In this document: in pieces, positions 1-8,293 of the stretch
Layout: each line of letters starts with the position of its first letter
How positions within the stretch are numbered: position 1 is the first letter of the stretch
IMG/VR virus record: IMGVR_UViG_3300025470_000020
Strand: one strand, 5' to 3'
DNA length: 20,000 nt
Origin: an uncultured virus (IMG/VR IMGVR_UViG_3300025470_000020)
Taxonomy: Duplodnaviria; Heunggongvirae; Uroviricota; Caudoviricetes
Notes under the pieces: model-generated
Seen by the model: the letters and a program-made list of their open reading frames with translations, nothing else
The model's database searches: none
What the model was told of the DNA's origin: nothing
Program-made: the position numbers and the translations under genes

Positions 1-351
1 ACAAATACTATTCTTGGTTAATGGTTTATCTGGATAAGTCCAAATATAACCTTTAGAAGTTAAAGTGAAGTTATCTTCTTGATGCCAAAAGAAATTTAAT
101 TTTGAATCGGCACCCAATACATATAGAGCATCTAAATTTTTTGCGTGAATCCAAAATCTAGAATCTTCTAAAAAACTATATTCAACTTTGTATGTTGGAC
201 TATCATGGCCAAGATACCATTGATTATCTACAAACCAAACATCAACTTCAACATCAAATCCTTTAATTAAAGCTTGATTGATTTGAGTAGGACTATTTTC
301 TTTATCTTTATCTGGACCATCAAAAAGACCACGATGTGCAATATATTTCAT
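1..351 (-). CDS. Glycerophosphodiester phosphodiesterase (GDPD/PLC-like) domain protein, 3' end outside window
   Basis: Not in the ORF track. Manual translation from ATG at 351 (ATGA overlap with the upstream stop at 348-350) gives MKYIAHRGLFDGPDKDKENSPTQINQALIKGFDVEVDVWFVDNQWYLGHD...FWIHAKN...FFWHQED, open to base 1. IAHRG, EN(S/T), G-D-vE-D-v and HD are GDPD signature motifs. Confidence 0.8.
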   Translation of the reverse strand, partial: MKYIAHRGLFDGPDKDKENSPTQINQALIKGFDVEVDVWFVDNQWYLGHDSPTYKVEYSFLEDSRFWIHAKNLDALYVLGADSKLNFFWHQEDNFTLTSKGYIWTYPDKPLTKNSIC

Positions 352-1049
352 TTTATAATATAAGCGGTTGGCGCTTTAATACCGGTTGTATGTAATGTTA
401 GACCCATTTCTTTAATAAAATCATCTGCACCATTCGATTCACTCCAACTATGATAAGCATATTCATCAAATACAATTACTCCGCCAGTTACAATATTATT
501 CCAAAATGTTTTGAGTGCTGCATATGTTGGTTTATCTAGGTCCATATCCAAATACAATATACTGATTCTTAAACCTGGTTTTTCTTCTACTGTATTTTGT
601 GAGGTTTCAATGATATCACCTTTAATCAACTCAAACTTTGATGAATCAAAACCAGCATTAATAATTTTATTTTGAATTCCTTCATACGAAACATCATCTA
701 CAATTAAATTTTTATCTCTTGTAAAAACTTGCTTCATTGTATCTTTATCTACACCAGTTTTCATATCATCAACAAAACTTGGATCAAAAAAATCATAACC
801 CATTACTTTCTTGATACTATTAGGTTCGTTCATGGCCAATATTTTTAACCATGCCAAGATTCCTGAACCTTTGAAAACTCCACACTCAACAATATCGCCA
901 GGTAGATGTTTTGTCATTTCATAGAAATACATTTTACTGTATAACTTATTAAACACAACTCTATCATTACTAAACATAAAGTTATTGTAACTGTCATACA
1001 TATTTTGATTTTTTTGGATATCGGAATTGTCGTTGTATAGATTTGTCAT
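348..1049 (-). CDS. TylF/NovP/MycF family sugar O-methyltransferase
   Basis: Motifs PGDIVECGVFKGSG, GYDFF, LIKGDIIET, ILYLDMDL and GGVIVFDEY match the macrocin O-methyltransferase family. Confidence 0.85.
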   Translation of the reverse strand: MTNLYNDNSDIQKNQNMYDSYNNFMFSNDRVVFNKLYSKMYFYEMTKHLPGDIVECGVFKGSGILAWLKILAMNEPNSIKKVMGYDFFDPSFVDDMKTGVDKDTMKQVFTRDKNLIVDDVSYEGIQNKIINAGFDSSKFELIKGDIIETSQNTVEEKPGLRISILYLDMDLDKPTYAALKTFWNNIVTGGVIVFDEYAYHSWSESNGADDFIKEMGLTLHTTGIKAPTAYIIK

Positions 1050-1759
1050 AGCACTAGTTCTGTTCCATTCTTTCTTAATAGATGTTTAATTGAATTACGG
1101 ACCAATTTGGTTATATTATTATGTTTAAGTGCGTTTTGTAATATGCCATGTGGAGGACATAGATGACTATCTTCGTAGATAGGATTATAAAACTCATTAA
1201 ACATAAAATCGGACATCTTAATCATGTTATCTCTTGAAGTGAAAAAGAATTGGTCACCAGGTAAAGCATCAGCTGGGCTAGTACCGTGATGATAACCCAT
1301 TTCATTTTCTTGAATATCTAATATAATAGGTTCGTCTTGATACACCAAATCAAATCGAGTGCGGACTAAAATATCATACTTAAAATTGTTTTGGTTCTCG
1401 TAATGTTGAACCATTTCTGTTGCAATTTTAAACTTACGATATTGACCATACGACTGATAAGCATTTTCTGGTATGTTCAATTTAATTTCTCGCAGTTCAT
1501 TCTTAATTATTTCGTCTACTTGAGAAAATTGTTCAATGTTTGCCAATTTAACATTTACGTCAGATAATCCTTCAATCCATGTCTGTTCGGTAATAAGTTC
1601 ATCTTGTGTATCAGTCACACCCCATCCTCTAGGATGATATCCATATCGTAAATCGTATGAACAAATAAATGTATCAATATCTCCAAATTGTTTTAGAAAA
1701 CTTGGCTTTGTTTCGTTCCAAGTTCTATAATTTCCAACAATCATTACCGCTGTTTTCAT
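1046..1759 (-). CDS. Putative glycan-modifying/glycosyltransferase-like protein (YD...RxRxD type)
   Basis: Start revised to ATG 1759 (MKTAVMIVGNYRTW, ATGA overlap with the upstream stop). Contains Q-Y..K...YENQNNFKYDILVRTRFDL and D-FF, a pattern seen in uncharacterised proteins of polysaccharide clusters. Function is inferred from context. Confidence 0.5.
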   Translation of the reverse strand: MKTAVMIVGNYRTWNETKPSFLKQFGDIDTFICSYDLRYGYHPRGWGVTDTQDELITEQTWIEGLSDVNVKLANIEQFSQVDEIIKNELREIKLNIPENAYQSYGQYRKFKIATEMVQHYENQNNFKYDILVRTRFDLVYQDEPIILDIQENEMGYHHGTSPADALPGDQFFFTSRDNMIKMSDFMFNEFYNPIYEDSHLCPPHGILQNALKHNNITKLVRNSIKHLLRKNGTELVL

Positions 1760-3135
1760 TTGTAATGCTCCAAAAAGTAATTTAAATCTTCTGGAGTACC
1801 AATACCCCACATTTTCTTAATATTTTTAACACGAATCTTTTTGCCATCACCAATAGCTTCATTGAATACAGGACAAACATAAAATTCATTATTAGTGCGA
1901 ATATTCTTTTCAATCATCTGTTCTGCATACTTAACATAGTCAGAACCTTTTTTCCAATAATAGATACCAACTGTTGCCATATTAGAAATAGGTTTCTTCT
2001 CTGCAACTTCAGATACAAAACCATCTTCACCTAACTTAGCATAAGACCATTTAGGATGAGTGGCTTCAAAAGTAATAATGCCTCCATCGATAGAATCAGC
2101 AGTAAAGGCATATAAACATTCATTTGAATTCCATTCAACAAACTGGTCAGAGTTTGCCATCAATAGAGGTTCGTCACTATTAATTAATTCTTTAGCTAGT
2201 AACGTGGTACATGCAGCGCCTTCGGTCAAACCATCAACTTGTATAATATCACAACCGGGCGCAATCAAATTTAAAACTGATTGTAAATTATATTTCTCGT
2301 AATGTTCTTTTTGGCAAATAAAAATAAAATGTGCATCTACATTTAGATTATCCACTACAACTTGAATCATTGGTTTACCTTTGACTTCAATCAATGGTTT
2401 AGGGAAAGTATAACCTGCTGAAGCAAATCTACTACCGGCACCTGCCATAGGAATCAATACATTCATCTTCTTATTTCTCCAAGGTATGGATTTTATACGA
2501 CCACTATCTTCAAATTCTTCAATATAGCTTAAAAAATCTTCCACATTCAAATCATAAGCATCTTTTACTGGATACAAATGTGCACCAGAGTTAAATGCGC
2601 CTTCACGGCCAATATGTGAATCTTCCACAATGATAGTATCTTTAGGTAGAGCTTTCATCATTGTCATACATTTCCAATACATTTCAGGAAATGGTTTTGG
2701 ATTAAACACATCTTCGTTGCTTACATAATAATCAACATAATTTAAAATATCCATACATAATAAAGATGTCTTTACTGTTTCACGAATACTGTTGGACGCT
2801 ACTGCAATCTTCCATCCTTTAGAATTCAGATTATGCATTATTTTAAGAATATCAGGATTCTTTGGTGCTGTATGAATTAAATCAAATGTTTGTTTTTGTT
2901 TTTCTTTCCAAATTTCATCATACCAATCAATATGCAAACCTTTTTCTTGAGTAAGCATCTGTAATTTTTTTGTAGTGTTTAGTCCGTCATATTTTGATAA
3001 ATGTTCTTCACGGGTAATAATATAGTTGTATGAATCGGTTACTGTATGTATAGCACGATTGAGAGCTTCATAATGTAGCTCTCTACTGTCCATTAAAACA
3101 CCATCAAGGTCAAATATAACTAACTTTACTGCCAT
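1756..3135 (-). CDS. Fusion of HAD-family phosphatase (N-terminal) and sugar-phosphate nucleotidyltransferase (BcbE-like, C-terminal)
   Basis: HAD motifs IFDLDGVL, ASNS, KPFP and VEDS-IG. NTP-transferase motifs LIPMAGAGSRF...PKPLIEV, ANSDQ, EKKPIS, NNEFYV and GIGTPEDL. Start revised to ATG 3135 (MAVKLVIF), preceded by AGAAGGA. Confidence 0.9.
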   Translation of the reverse strand: MAVKLVIFDLDGVLMDSRELHYEALNRAIHTVTDSYNYIITREEHLSKYDGLNTTKKLQMLTQEKGLHIDWYDEIWKEKQKQTFDLIHTAPKNPDILKIMHNLNSKGWKIAVASNSIRETVKTSLLCMDILNYVDYYVSNEDVFNPKPFPEMYWKCMTMMKALPKDTIIVEDSHIGREGAFNSGAHLYPVKDAYDLNVEDFLSYIEEFEDSGRIKSIPWRNKKMNVLIPMAGAGSRFASAGYTFPKPLIEVKGKPMIQVVVDNLNVDAHFIFICQKEHYEKYNLQSVLNLIAPGCDIIQVDGLTEGAACTTLLAKELINSDEPLLMANSDQFVEWNSNECLYAFTADSIDGGIITFEATHPKWSYAKLGEDGFVSEVAEKKPISNMATVGIYYWKKGSDYVKYAEQMIEKNIRTNNEFYVCPVFNEAIGDGKKIRVKNIKKMWGIGTPEDLNYFLEHYK

Positions 3136-3836
3136 GTTGTTCCTTCTAAATCTAGCCAATACTTAACTATTTTACCTTTGCCTTCTAAAAGATAGAATGG
3201 TAAACAATGCATTAAACCCCGACCAGAATTATAGTATAACAGATTTGCTGGTGCTCTGTCAAGCGACCAAGCAAAATGGCTAGTACCTGTGTCACCACCA
3301 ATGAATGTTTCGGCAGTCATAATGTGGTATAAATTTTGGTCAAAATTGGTAGAGTATCTCCAGCCTTCAAACTCACAGGCTTTGGCAAAATGGTCATGCA
3401 CACAAATTACCTTTTCATAATCCTTATATTCATTCGTTGAATACTTTGCAATAATTTCCTCAAAGACGTGGCGAGGCCAATTACGATATACATTATATGG
3501 AGCATCAAAGATTGGACAAACTACAATCTTCTTTTGCATAGGTTCATTATTTGGTATAATAACATTGTCACCAATGATATCACGGAAATCCCAAAGATTG
3601 ACTCTTCGCCACGCTAATTCTTTATCACCAGGTTCAGTAGAAAAATAATCTGTATTCTTTAACATAAACTGGTAAAACTTCTGCACATAATCGGCAGAAT
3701 TAACTGAGCCTTGTTTCATATGAAACTTAATTTCTGGTGTTTGTTTTCTTAAATGTGCTATAACATTTGCAACACCAATTAAATCACCATTACGAAGTGG
3801 ACCACCAAACACTCCTTCAATAATATTGATAATCAC
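3126..3836 (-). CDS. GT9-like (ADP-heptose:LPS heptosyltransferase-like) glycosyltransferase
   Basis: N-terminal RNGDLI, central RNWP and C-terminal FIGGDTGTSHFAWSL match the GT9 pattern GD...K/R-W...D(S/T)G..H.A. GTG start overlaps the upstream TGA. Confidence 0.65.
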   Translation of the reverse strand: MIINIIEGVFGGPLRNGDLIGVANVIAHLRKQTPEIKFHMKQGSVNSADYVQKFYQFMLKNTDYFSTEPGDKELAWRRVNLWDFRDIIGDNVIIPNNEPMQKKIVVCPIFDAPYNVYRNWPRHVFEEIIAKYSTNEYKDYEKVICVHDHFAKACEFEGWRYSTNFDQNLYHIMTAETFIGGDTGTSHFAWSLDRAPANLLYYNSGRGLMHCLPFYLLEGKGKIVKYWLDLEGTTWQ

Positions 3837-4576
3837 AATAAACTTTCTAATTCATTATTATGCACTAGTTTAGATTTACGGTCCAAATAGAAATGTTTTT
3901 TAAATACTTGATTAATATCTTTACCATTATCCCAATAACAATTATCACCTTTTCTGAATTCAGGATTCCAATCTTCTGCTTTCCATACAACATAAGAGGA
4001 AACATTTAATAAGTCTGCAAGAACGGCCACACCAGTAAAATTAGTAATGAAAGGTTTCTTTAGATTTTTAATGATGTATGCGTTAGTCAATAATGAATTT
4101 TCATACGATAAGAATTTAAAATCTTTTAAATGAGATAGAACAGCAGTTGCTCTTCTATCATCTGTGCCTGGTGCATCCCATCGGTCACCACAGTAATAAG
4201 CATCTTCAATTTCAATATCTAATTCAGGTACTTTAATTTCTACATCATCATCAACTTCAAATTCTAAATTAGGATAGTTATCTCTCAACCAGTTTTCATA
4301 ACGACAAGTTTCAATTGGTCGATTTGGATTACTTTGTTCTTCTCTAGTCCAAGAACTGAGGTTAATGATACTGCCATACACAAAAACATCACTATCAAAC
4401 TCAACTGAAGAAAAGATATCTTGATAATTCAAAAACTCTTTGATACCTTTAAATTTATTCAAATCTCTTTTAACAATGAGGTCAAATTTTCCATATTGTT
4501 TATAAAGACCAGACAAAACAGGAAAGCCATTTAAAAAATCACCTAAGTTGGCAGTTGAGCTAAGATATACTTGCAT
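3833..4576 (-). CDS. Divergent GT9-like glycosyltransferase
   Basis: N-terminal NLGDFLNGFPVLSGLYK resembles the GT9 start (lGD.l...P.l..L). FITNFTGVAVLADLL resembles a degenerate DSG..H.A motif. Confidence 0.5.
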   Translation of the reverse strand: MQVYLSSTANLGDFLNGFPVLSGLYKQYGKFDLIVKRDLNKFKGIKEFLNYQDIFSSVEFDSDVFVYGSIINLSSWTREEQSNPNRPIETCRYENWLRDNYPNLEFEVDDDVEIKVPELDIEIEDAYYCGDRWDAPGTDDRRATAVLSHLKDFKFLSYENSLLTNAYIIKNLKKPFITNFTGVAVLADLLNVSSYVVWKAEDWNPEFRKGDNCYWDNGKDINQVFKKHFYLDRKSKLVHNNELESLL

Positions 4577-4578
4577 GA

Positions 4579-5202
4579 TTATCTCTTTTTTGCAATAATA
4601 GTTAAAATGTTTGGAAGGTATGAAACCGGTTTACGAATTTCATCCTCATGATTACAGATATACATTGGTATGAATCCTGCTTTGTCTATCAATGTAATTA
4701 ATCCATGAGAATCAAAATGATGGAAGTGTTCATTTTCTTTACGGTGTTTCCATGTTCTAAACCATTCAGCACCCATTCTTTCGTGCATCCATGGTAATGA
4801 TATCATAACATATTTTGTGTTAATTGAACCGAGAAACTCATGGATATTTGGAGAAGGAATATGTTCAATAGAATCAAAGAATGTAATGACATCAACTTCA
4901 ACATCTTTGACATTAGCCACAAACTCCACATCATTTGGGAGAGGATAGTTTGATATATCATGTCCAAAACATTTCTTACCATTCATGTGAGCATACTTCA
5001 GAAATGCTCCATCACCATAACCAAAGTCACATATAGAATCAAACTTAACATATTTTGAAAGTAAATCAAAACGTAATTTGGACATACTAAAGTCCATTTT
5101 AGTATAATACTGCATATAGTTAGTATCATACTTCATAATTTCACCGGTAGGTTTACTTTGAAACCAATGTCCAGGTTCTATCAATTCATAATTATCAATC
5201 AT
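4579..5202 (-). CDS. Class I SAM-dependent methyltransferase
   Basis: Motif I ICDFGYGDGAFL, GHDIS, DVITFFDSIEHIP, and EHFHHFD. Start revised to ATG 5202 (MIDNYELI), 1 nt after the upstream stop. Confidence 0.85.
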   Translation of the reverse strand: MIDNYELIEPGHWFQSKPTGEIMKYDTNYMQYYTKMDFSMSKLRFDLLSKYVKFDSICDFGYGDGAFLKYAHMNGKKCFGHDISNYPLPNDVEFVANVKDVEVDVITFFDSIEHIPSPNIHEFLGSINTKYVMISLPWMHERMGAEWFRTWKHRKENEHFHHFDSHGLITLIDKAGFIPMYICNHEDEIRKPVSYLPNILTIIAKKR

Positions 5203-5203
5203 A

Positions 5204-6019
5204 TTAAACTTTATTATTAAATTTATTAAACAATACAAATGGATCGTGACCAAGCTGATGGTCAGGAATCTGATGCAATTCAAATACCTTAGGTTCATTT
5301 ATATATGACTGTAGCCATAGACCTTGGTCATCATCAACTAAACCTTTTTCTTGTAAATCAACAAAAGATTGTGTCATTAGGTCGGACATTTTTTGCCACA
5401 TATCTTTATGAGCCACCACTTTTGCACCCAAGATATAAACATCATTATTAAGAACAGCGTGGTCTATTGGTTTATCATCATATGGTTTGTAATTGAATAG
5501 GTGAATTTTTGTTTCATCAAAATCATATTCCCATATTTTACTAGCAGGAATATTATTTTCACTACGGCAATAACCAAAATCAATCCATGCAACCATATCA
5601 TTTTGTGTATAATTATATTTGACAGCCATATTTGCAAAGTATGCTTTCAGATTAGTCACAAGAACATAATCAGGATTCCAATATTCTGGATTTCTTACTT
5701 GTTGAGGATTAACTTTCTTTTGGAATTCAGGATCTTTTTGAACATTAATGATTAAATCTCTCATATTAGAAAAATGACTATTCACATCAATTGGAATAAT
5801 TTTTGTTGTGTCTAAACGGTCTTTACATATATCAATTACCTTATGTTTTAAATCATCTGACGTGAAAACAGTAATGTCATTTTCCAATTTGCATAGATTA
5901 CTAAATCTTTCTAGATAAGTATCAGTTGTTCTATGCAAATAATGCGGTAGTCCTTTATCTGGTGTCCATTCACCACGACCAATATCAAAGAAAGCCGTTA
6001 CTATTGAAATTTTACTCAT
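5204..6019 (-). CDS. HtrL/YibB (WlaTC) family protein
   Basis: ISIVTAFFDIGRG.W, R...TYLERF..L..LEN, PEYWNPDYVLV..LK.YF, AWIDFGYCR and VDDDQG are characteristic of the HtrL family found in LPS/LOS loci. Confidence 0.85.
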   Translation of the reverse strand: MSKISIVTAFFDIGRGEWTPDKGLPHYLHRTTDTYLERFSNLCKLENDITVFTSDDLKHKVIDICKDRLDTTKIIPIDVNSHFSNMRDLIINVQKDPEFQKKVNPQQVRNPEYWNPDYVLVTNLKAYFANMAVKYNYTQNDMVAWIDFGYCRSENNIPASKIWEYDFDETKIHLFNYKPYDDKPIDHAVLNNDVYILGAKVVAHKDMWQKMSDLMTQSFVDLQEKGLVDDDQGLWLQSYINEPKVFELHQIPDHQLGHDPFVLFNKFNNKV

Positions 6020-6861
6020 TATGCAGTCCTGTAAACAAACATCTGTGATTCATCATCTTGTCCATATGTTACACGAACAAACTCTTTCCATTGTGGAACT
6101 CTATCATATTGATGAACAATAGCAAATGGTTTATCTTTGTAATACACGATACCATCTTTTACTGTTGGTTCATCACATAATAAATTTGGTCTAAATCTGT
6201 TAATCTTTGAAGGGTCAGCAACTGTGCCGGCTTCACAAGCCCAATCGACTGTCTTAAAAACTATATCTTTAAATGGTTGTGTATTGATTAACACATTGAA
6301 TACTGCTTGGTCGACAATTGGAATAGGTCTATTAACTCCGTTGGTGAAAATATGAAACACCATATCTTTTACATATTCTGCTTGACCACCAAATGTTCCA
6401 ACATTAAAGATTTCTTTATCTTTGAATAATTCATAAACATATGGACCGTATGCTTGTTTGAGATTTTCATCACCCCAAGATTCATCTTCATATTTTAATC
6501 CTTCTGAAGCAATAACAAGTTTATGGTTTCCACTTTCAATAAAATCAATTGGGTTTGTTTGAAAGTAAACATCTTTGACATCTGTTGTTACGACATATCT
6601 ATAATTCGTCCATGTTGCTTGTAGATAATCATAGATGGCTAAAAATCTTGCTACATGAATAGGAACATTATCTAAATCCGGCATAGGGATTAATATAAAG
6701 TTTCTTTTTTCTAATTCTATTATTGTATTATTATCAGTTTTACCAACAACTAAAATTTTATCGCCTGTAAAACCACACTTATCAATTGATTCACACCAAG
6801 GTTTTAATTGATTGTAGTTATAGTTTGTAAATGCACCAATGATTAAATCTTTTTGCGCCAT
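6019..6861 (-). CDS. Putative GT-A fold glycosyltransferase (nucleotide-diphospho-sugar transferase)
   Basis: RF..Y, TTDVKDVYFQ.NP (DxxD), N.GTFGG, DQAVFN and IVHQYDR motifs. Confidence 0.7.
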   Translation of the reverse strand: MAQKDLIIGAFTNYNYNQLKPWCESIDKCGFTGDKILVVGKTDNNTIIELEKRNFILIPMPDLDNVPIHVARFLAIYDYLQATWTNYRYVVTTDVKDVYFQTNPIDFIESGNHKLVIASEGLKYEDESWGDENLKQAYGPYVYELFKDKEIFNVGTFGGQAEYVKDMVFHIFTNGVNRPIPIVDQAVFNVLINTQPFKDIVFKTVDWACEAGTVADPSKINRFRPNLLCDEPTVKDGIVYYKDKPFAIVHQYDRVPQWKEFVRVTYGQDDESQMFVYRTA

Positions 6862-7559
6862 GGGAAATCTCCATTATATTTGTTTGTCATAATATTATTA
6901 CCGTATTCAAAGAATTCTTTCTTTACTGAACCTGCATTACCATCAACTTGATATTTTACTGTATACTCACCTGTGCAATCAAATTTAGGAAAGTGTTGTG
7001 CCATAGCTTGAAAGAATATTCTATCTTGACCCCAACCGCCATGCCATGCTGATGCTATTTTTGTTGCTACACTTGTTTTGATACAATAACAATTAGTATC
7101 TATGTGATTATAATCTCCACTAAAAACAGGCCATTTACCTAGTGATTCACAATCATCTCGACATGAATAATTTCCATCTTTGTCATAGATTTCTCGTAAT
7201 GAGTATGACCAGTCTAGGTCTTTTTCTTTAATAGTATCGATACAAGATTTAACGTGATTAGGTTTTAATGATACATCTTGGTCAAGATATAATACATATT
7301 CTGTATCTATTAGATGACTGAATGCAGCATAGACTCGATGGCCATAGAAACCATTGGCACCAACATTGATTGGTAAATAACAAACTTTTAGATTTTTGTT
7401 ACCAAGATAATCACTTACAATAACACTAGATGGACCTTTAAATTCTTGACCATCAATTACAACATAAACTGTTGTTGGGTAAGTTTGATTTAAAGCAGAT
7501 TCAATAGCATTCCTACAAACAGGATTACCTGTTATAGGTATAATCACGGTAGCACTCAT
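6843..7559 (-). CDS. Glycosyltransferase family 2
   Basis: TVIIP, AIESALNQTY, VVIDG, YVLYLDQD (DxD), IDTNCY and GQDR are canonical GT2 motifs. Confidence 0.88.
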   Translation of the reverse strand: MSATVIIPITGNPVCRNAIESALNQTYPTTVYVVIDGQEFKGPSSVIVSDYLGNKNLKVCYLPINVGANGFYGHRVYAAFSHLIDTEYVLYLDQDVSLKPNHVKSCIDTIKEKDLDWSYSLREIYDKDGNYSCRDDCESLGKWPVFSGDYNHIDTNCYCIKTSVATKIASAWHGGWGQDRIFFQAMAQHFPKFDCTGEYTVKYQVDGNAGSVKKEFFEYGNNIMTNKYNGDFPWRKKI

Positions 7560-7561
7560 AA

Positions 7562-7840
7562 TTAATCTCTAGTTAGTTTTAAAATTCGTTCTATTTGTTT
7601 CTCTATGATAGGTGTTCTGTTAGGCCAATATATGTATTCTTTATCGCCTGTAGAATGGAGTTTTGTAAGGAAAGGAATAATAATTTTTTCAACTTCATTC
7701 AATCTTGCTTTATAATCATCTGCTGTTTGTGCTGTATTCTTTATGACAGAATTATATTCTTCTTCTGATACTGCTGAAAATCCATAATCATTATCAGATT
7801 CATATTGTTTTGCTAACTTATCAAAATCAATTAATGCCAT
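7562..7840 (-). CDS. Hypothetical phage protein (92 aa)
   Basis: Clean ORF coupled to the upstream gene by TAATG. Contains DYGFSAVSEEE and IIPFL.KL....KEYIYWPNR. No function recognisable. Confidence 0.75.
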   Translation of the reverse strand: MALIDFDKLAKQYESDNDYGFSAVSEEEYNSVIKNTAQTADDYKARLNEVEKIIIPFLTKLHSTGDKEYIYWPNRTPIIEKQIERILKLTRD

Positions 7841-8292
7841 TATTTGTTTATCTCTATTTTAATATCATGTAGTAAATTATATAGGTCTAATAAATCCACG
7901 ATGGAACTAAAGTTATTACGGAAGAATTTAGTAATCTCATTCTTTTCATATTCACGATTTCTTTTTGTTGATGGTTCTTTAGCATCAAGTATTCTATGAT
8001 TTAAATCTTCTCTAATTCTATCTAACAACTTTACGCCTTCAGCCTTAGTGTCATTTATCTTACCTTCAGGTAAAATCTTTTTAAAGTAATCTCTATATCT
8101 TTCTGTAACAGAAATTTGATTGATAACGCCAGGCGGAATGTCTTCTAATTTCTTTTTAGCAATTCTTAATGCTCGACTAACATCAGGCAAATCTTCTTTT
8201 TTCTTTTCGATATAAGCCTCGACAATTTTAAATGCCTGTTCTACGCCTTTTTGGCCATGGTAAACTGAATGTTGTATATCGTCTAGTGTCAT
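7840..8292 (-). CDS. Hypothetical helical protein, possibly a shortened DUF6267-like protein
   Basis: The ORF fits exactly between its neighbours. The N-terminus (G..GV.QA) and C-terminus (K..STK..R...K....KFF..N...I..L..LYN.L...K..I) recall the two ends of a longer family of T4-like phage proteins. The family assignment is from memory and is weak. Confidence 0.55.
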   Translation of the reverse strand: MTLDDIQHSVYHGQKGVEQAFKIVEAYIEKKKEDLPDVSRALRIAKKKLEDIPPGVINQISVTERYRDYFKKILPEGKINDTKAEGVKLLDRIREDLNHRILDAKEPSTKRNREYEKNEITKFFRNNFSSIVDLLDLYNLLHDIKIEINK

Positions 8293-8293
8293 A

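Noticed and set aside
1..7559. Interpretation as a bacterial LPS/capsule locus (host chromosome or prophage flank)
   Set aside because: It is contiguous, co-oriented and tightly coupled with T4-like core genes, has similar composition, and shows no transport genes, integrase or att-like boundary.
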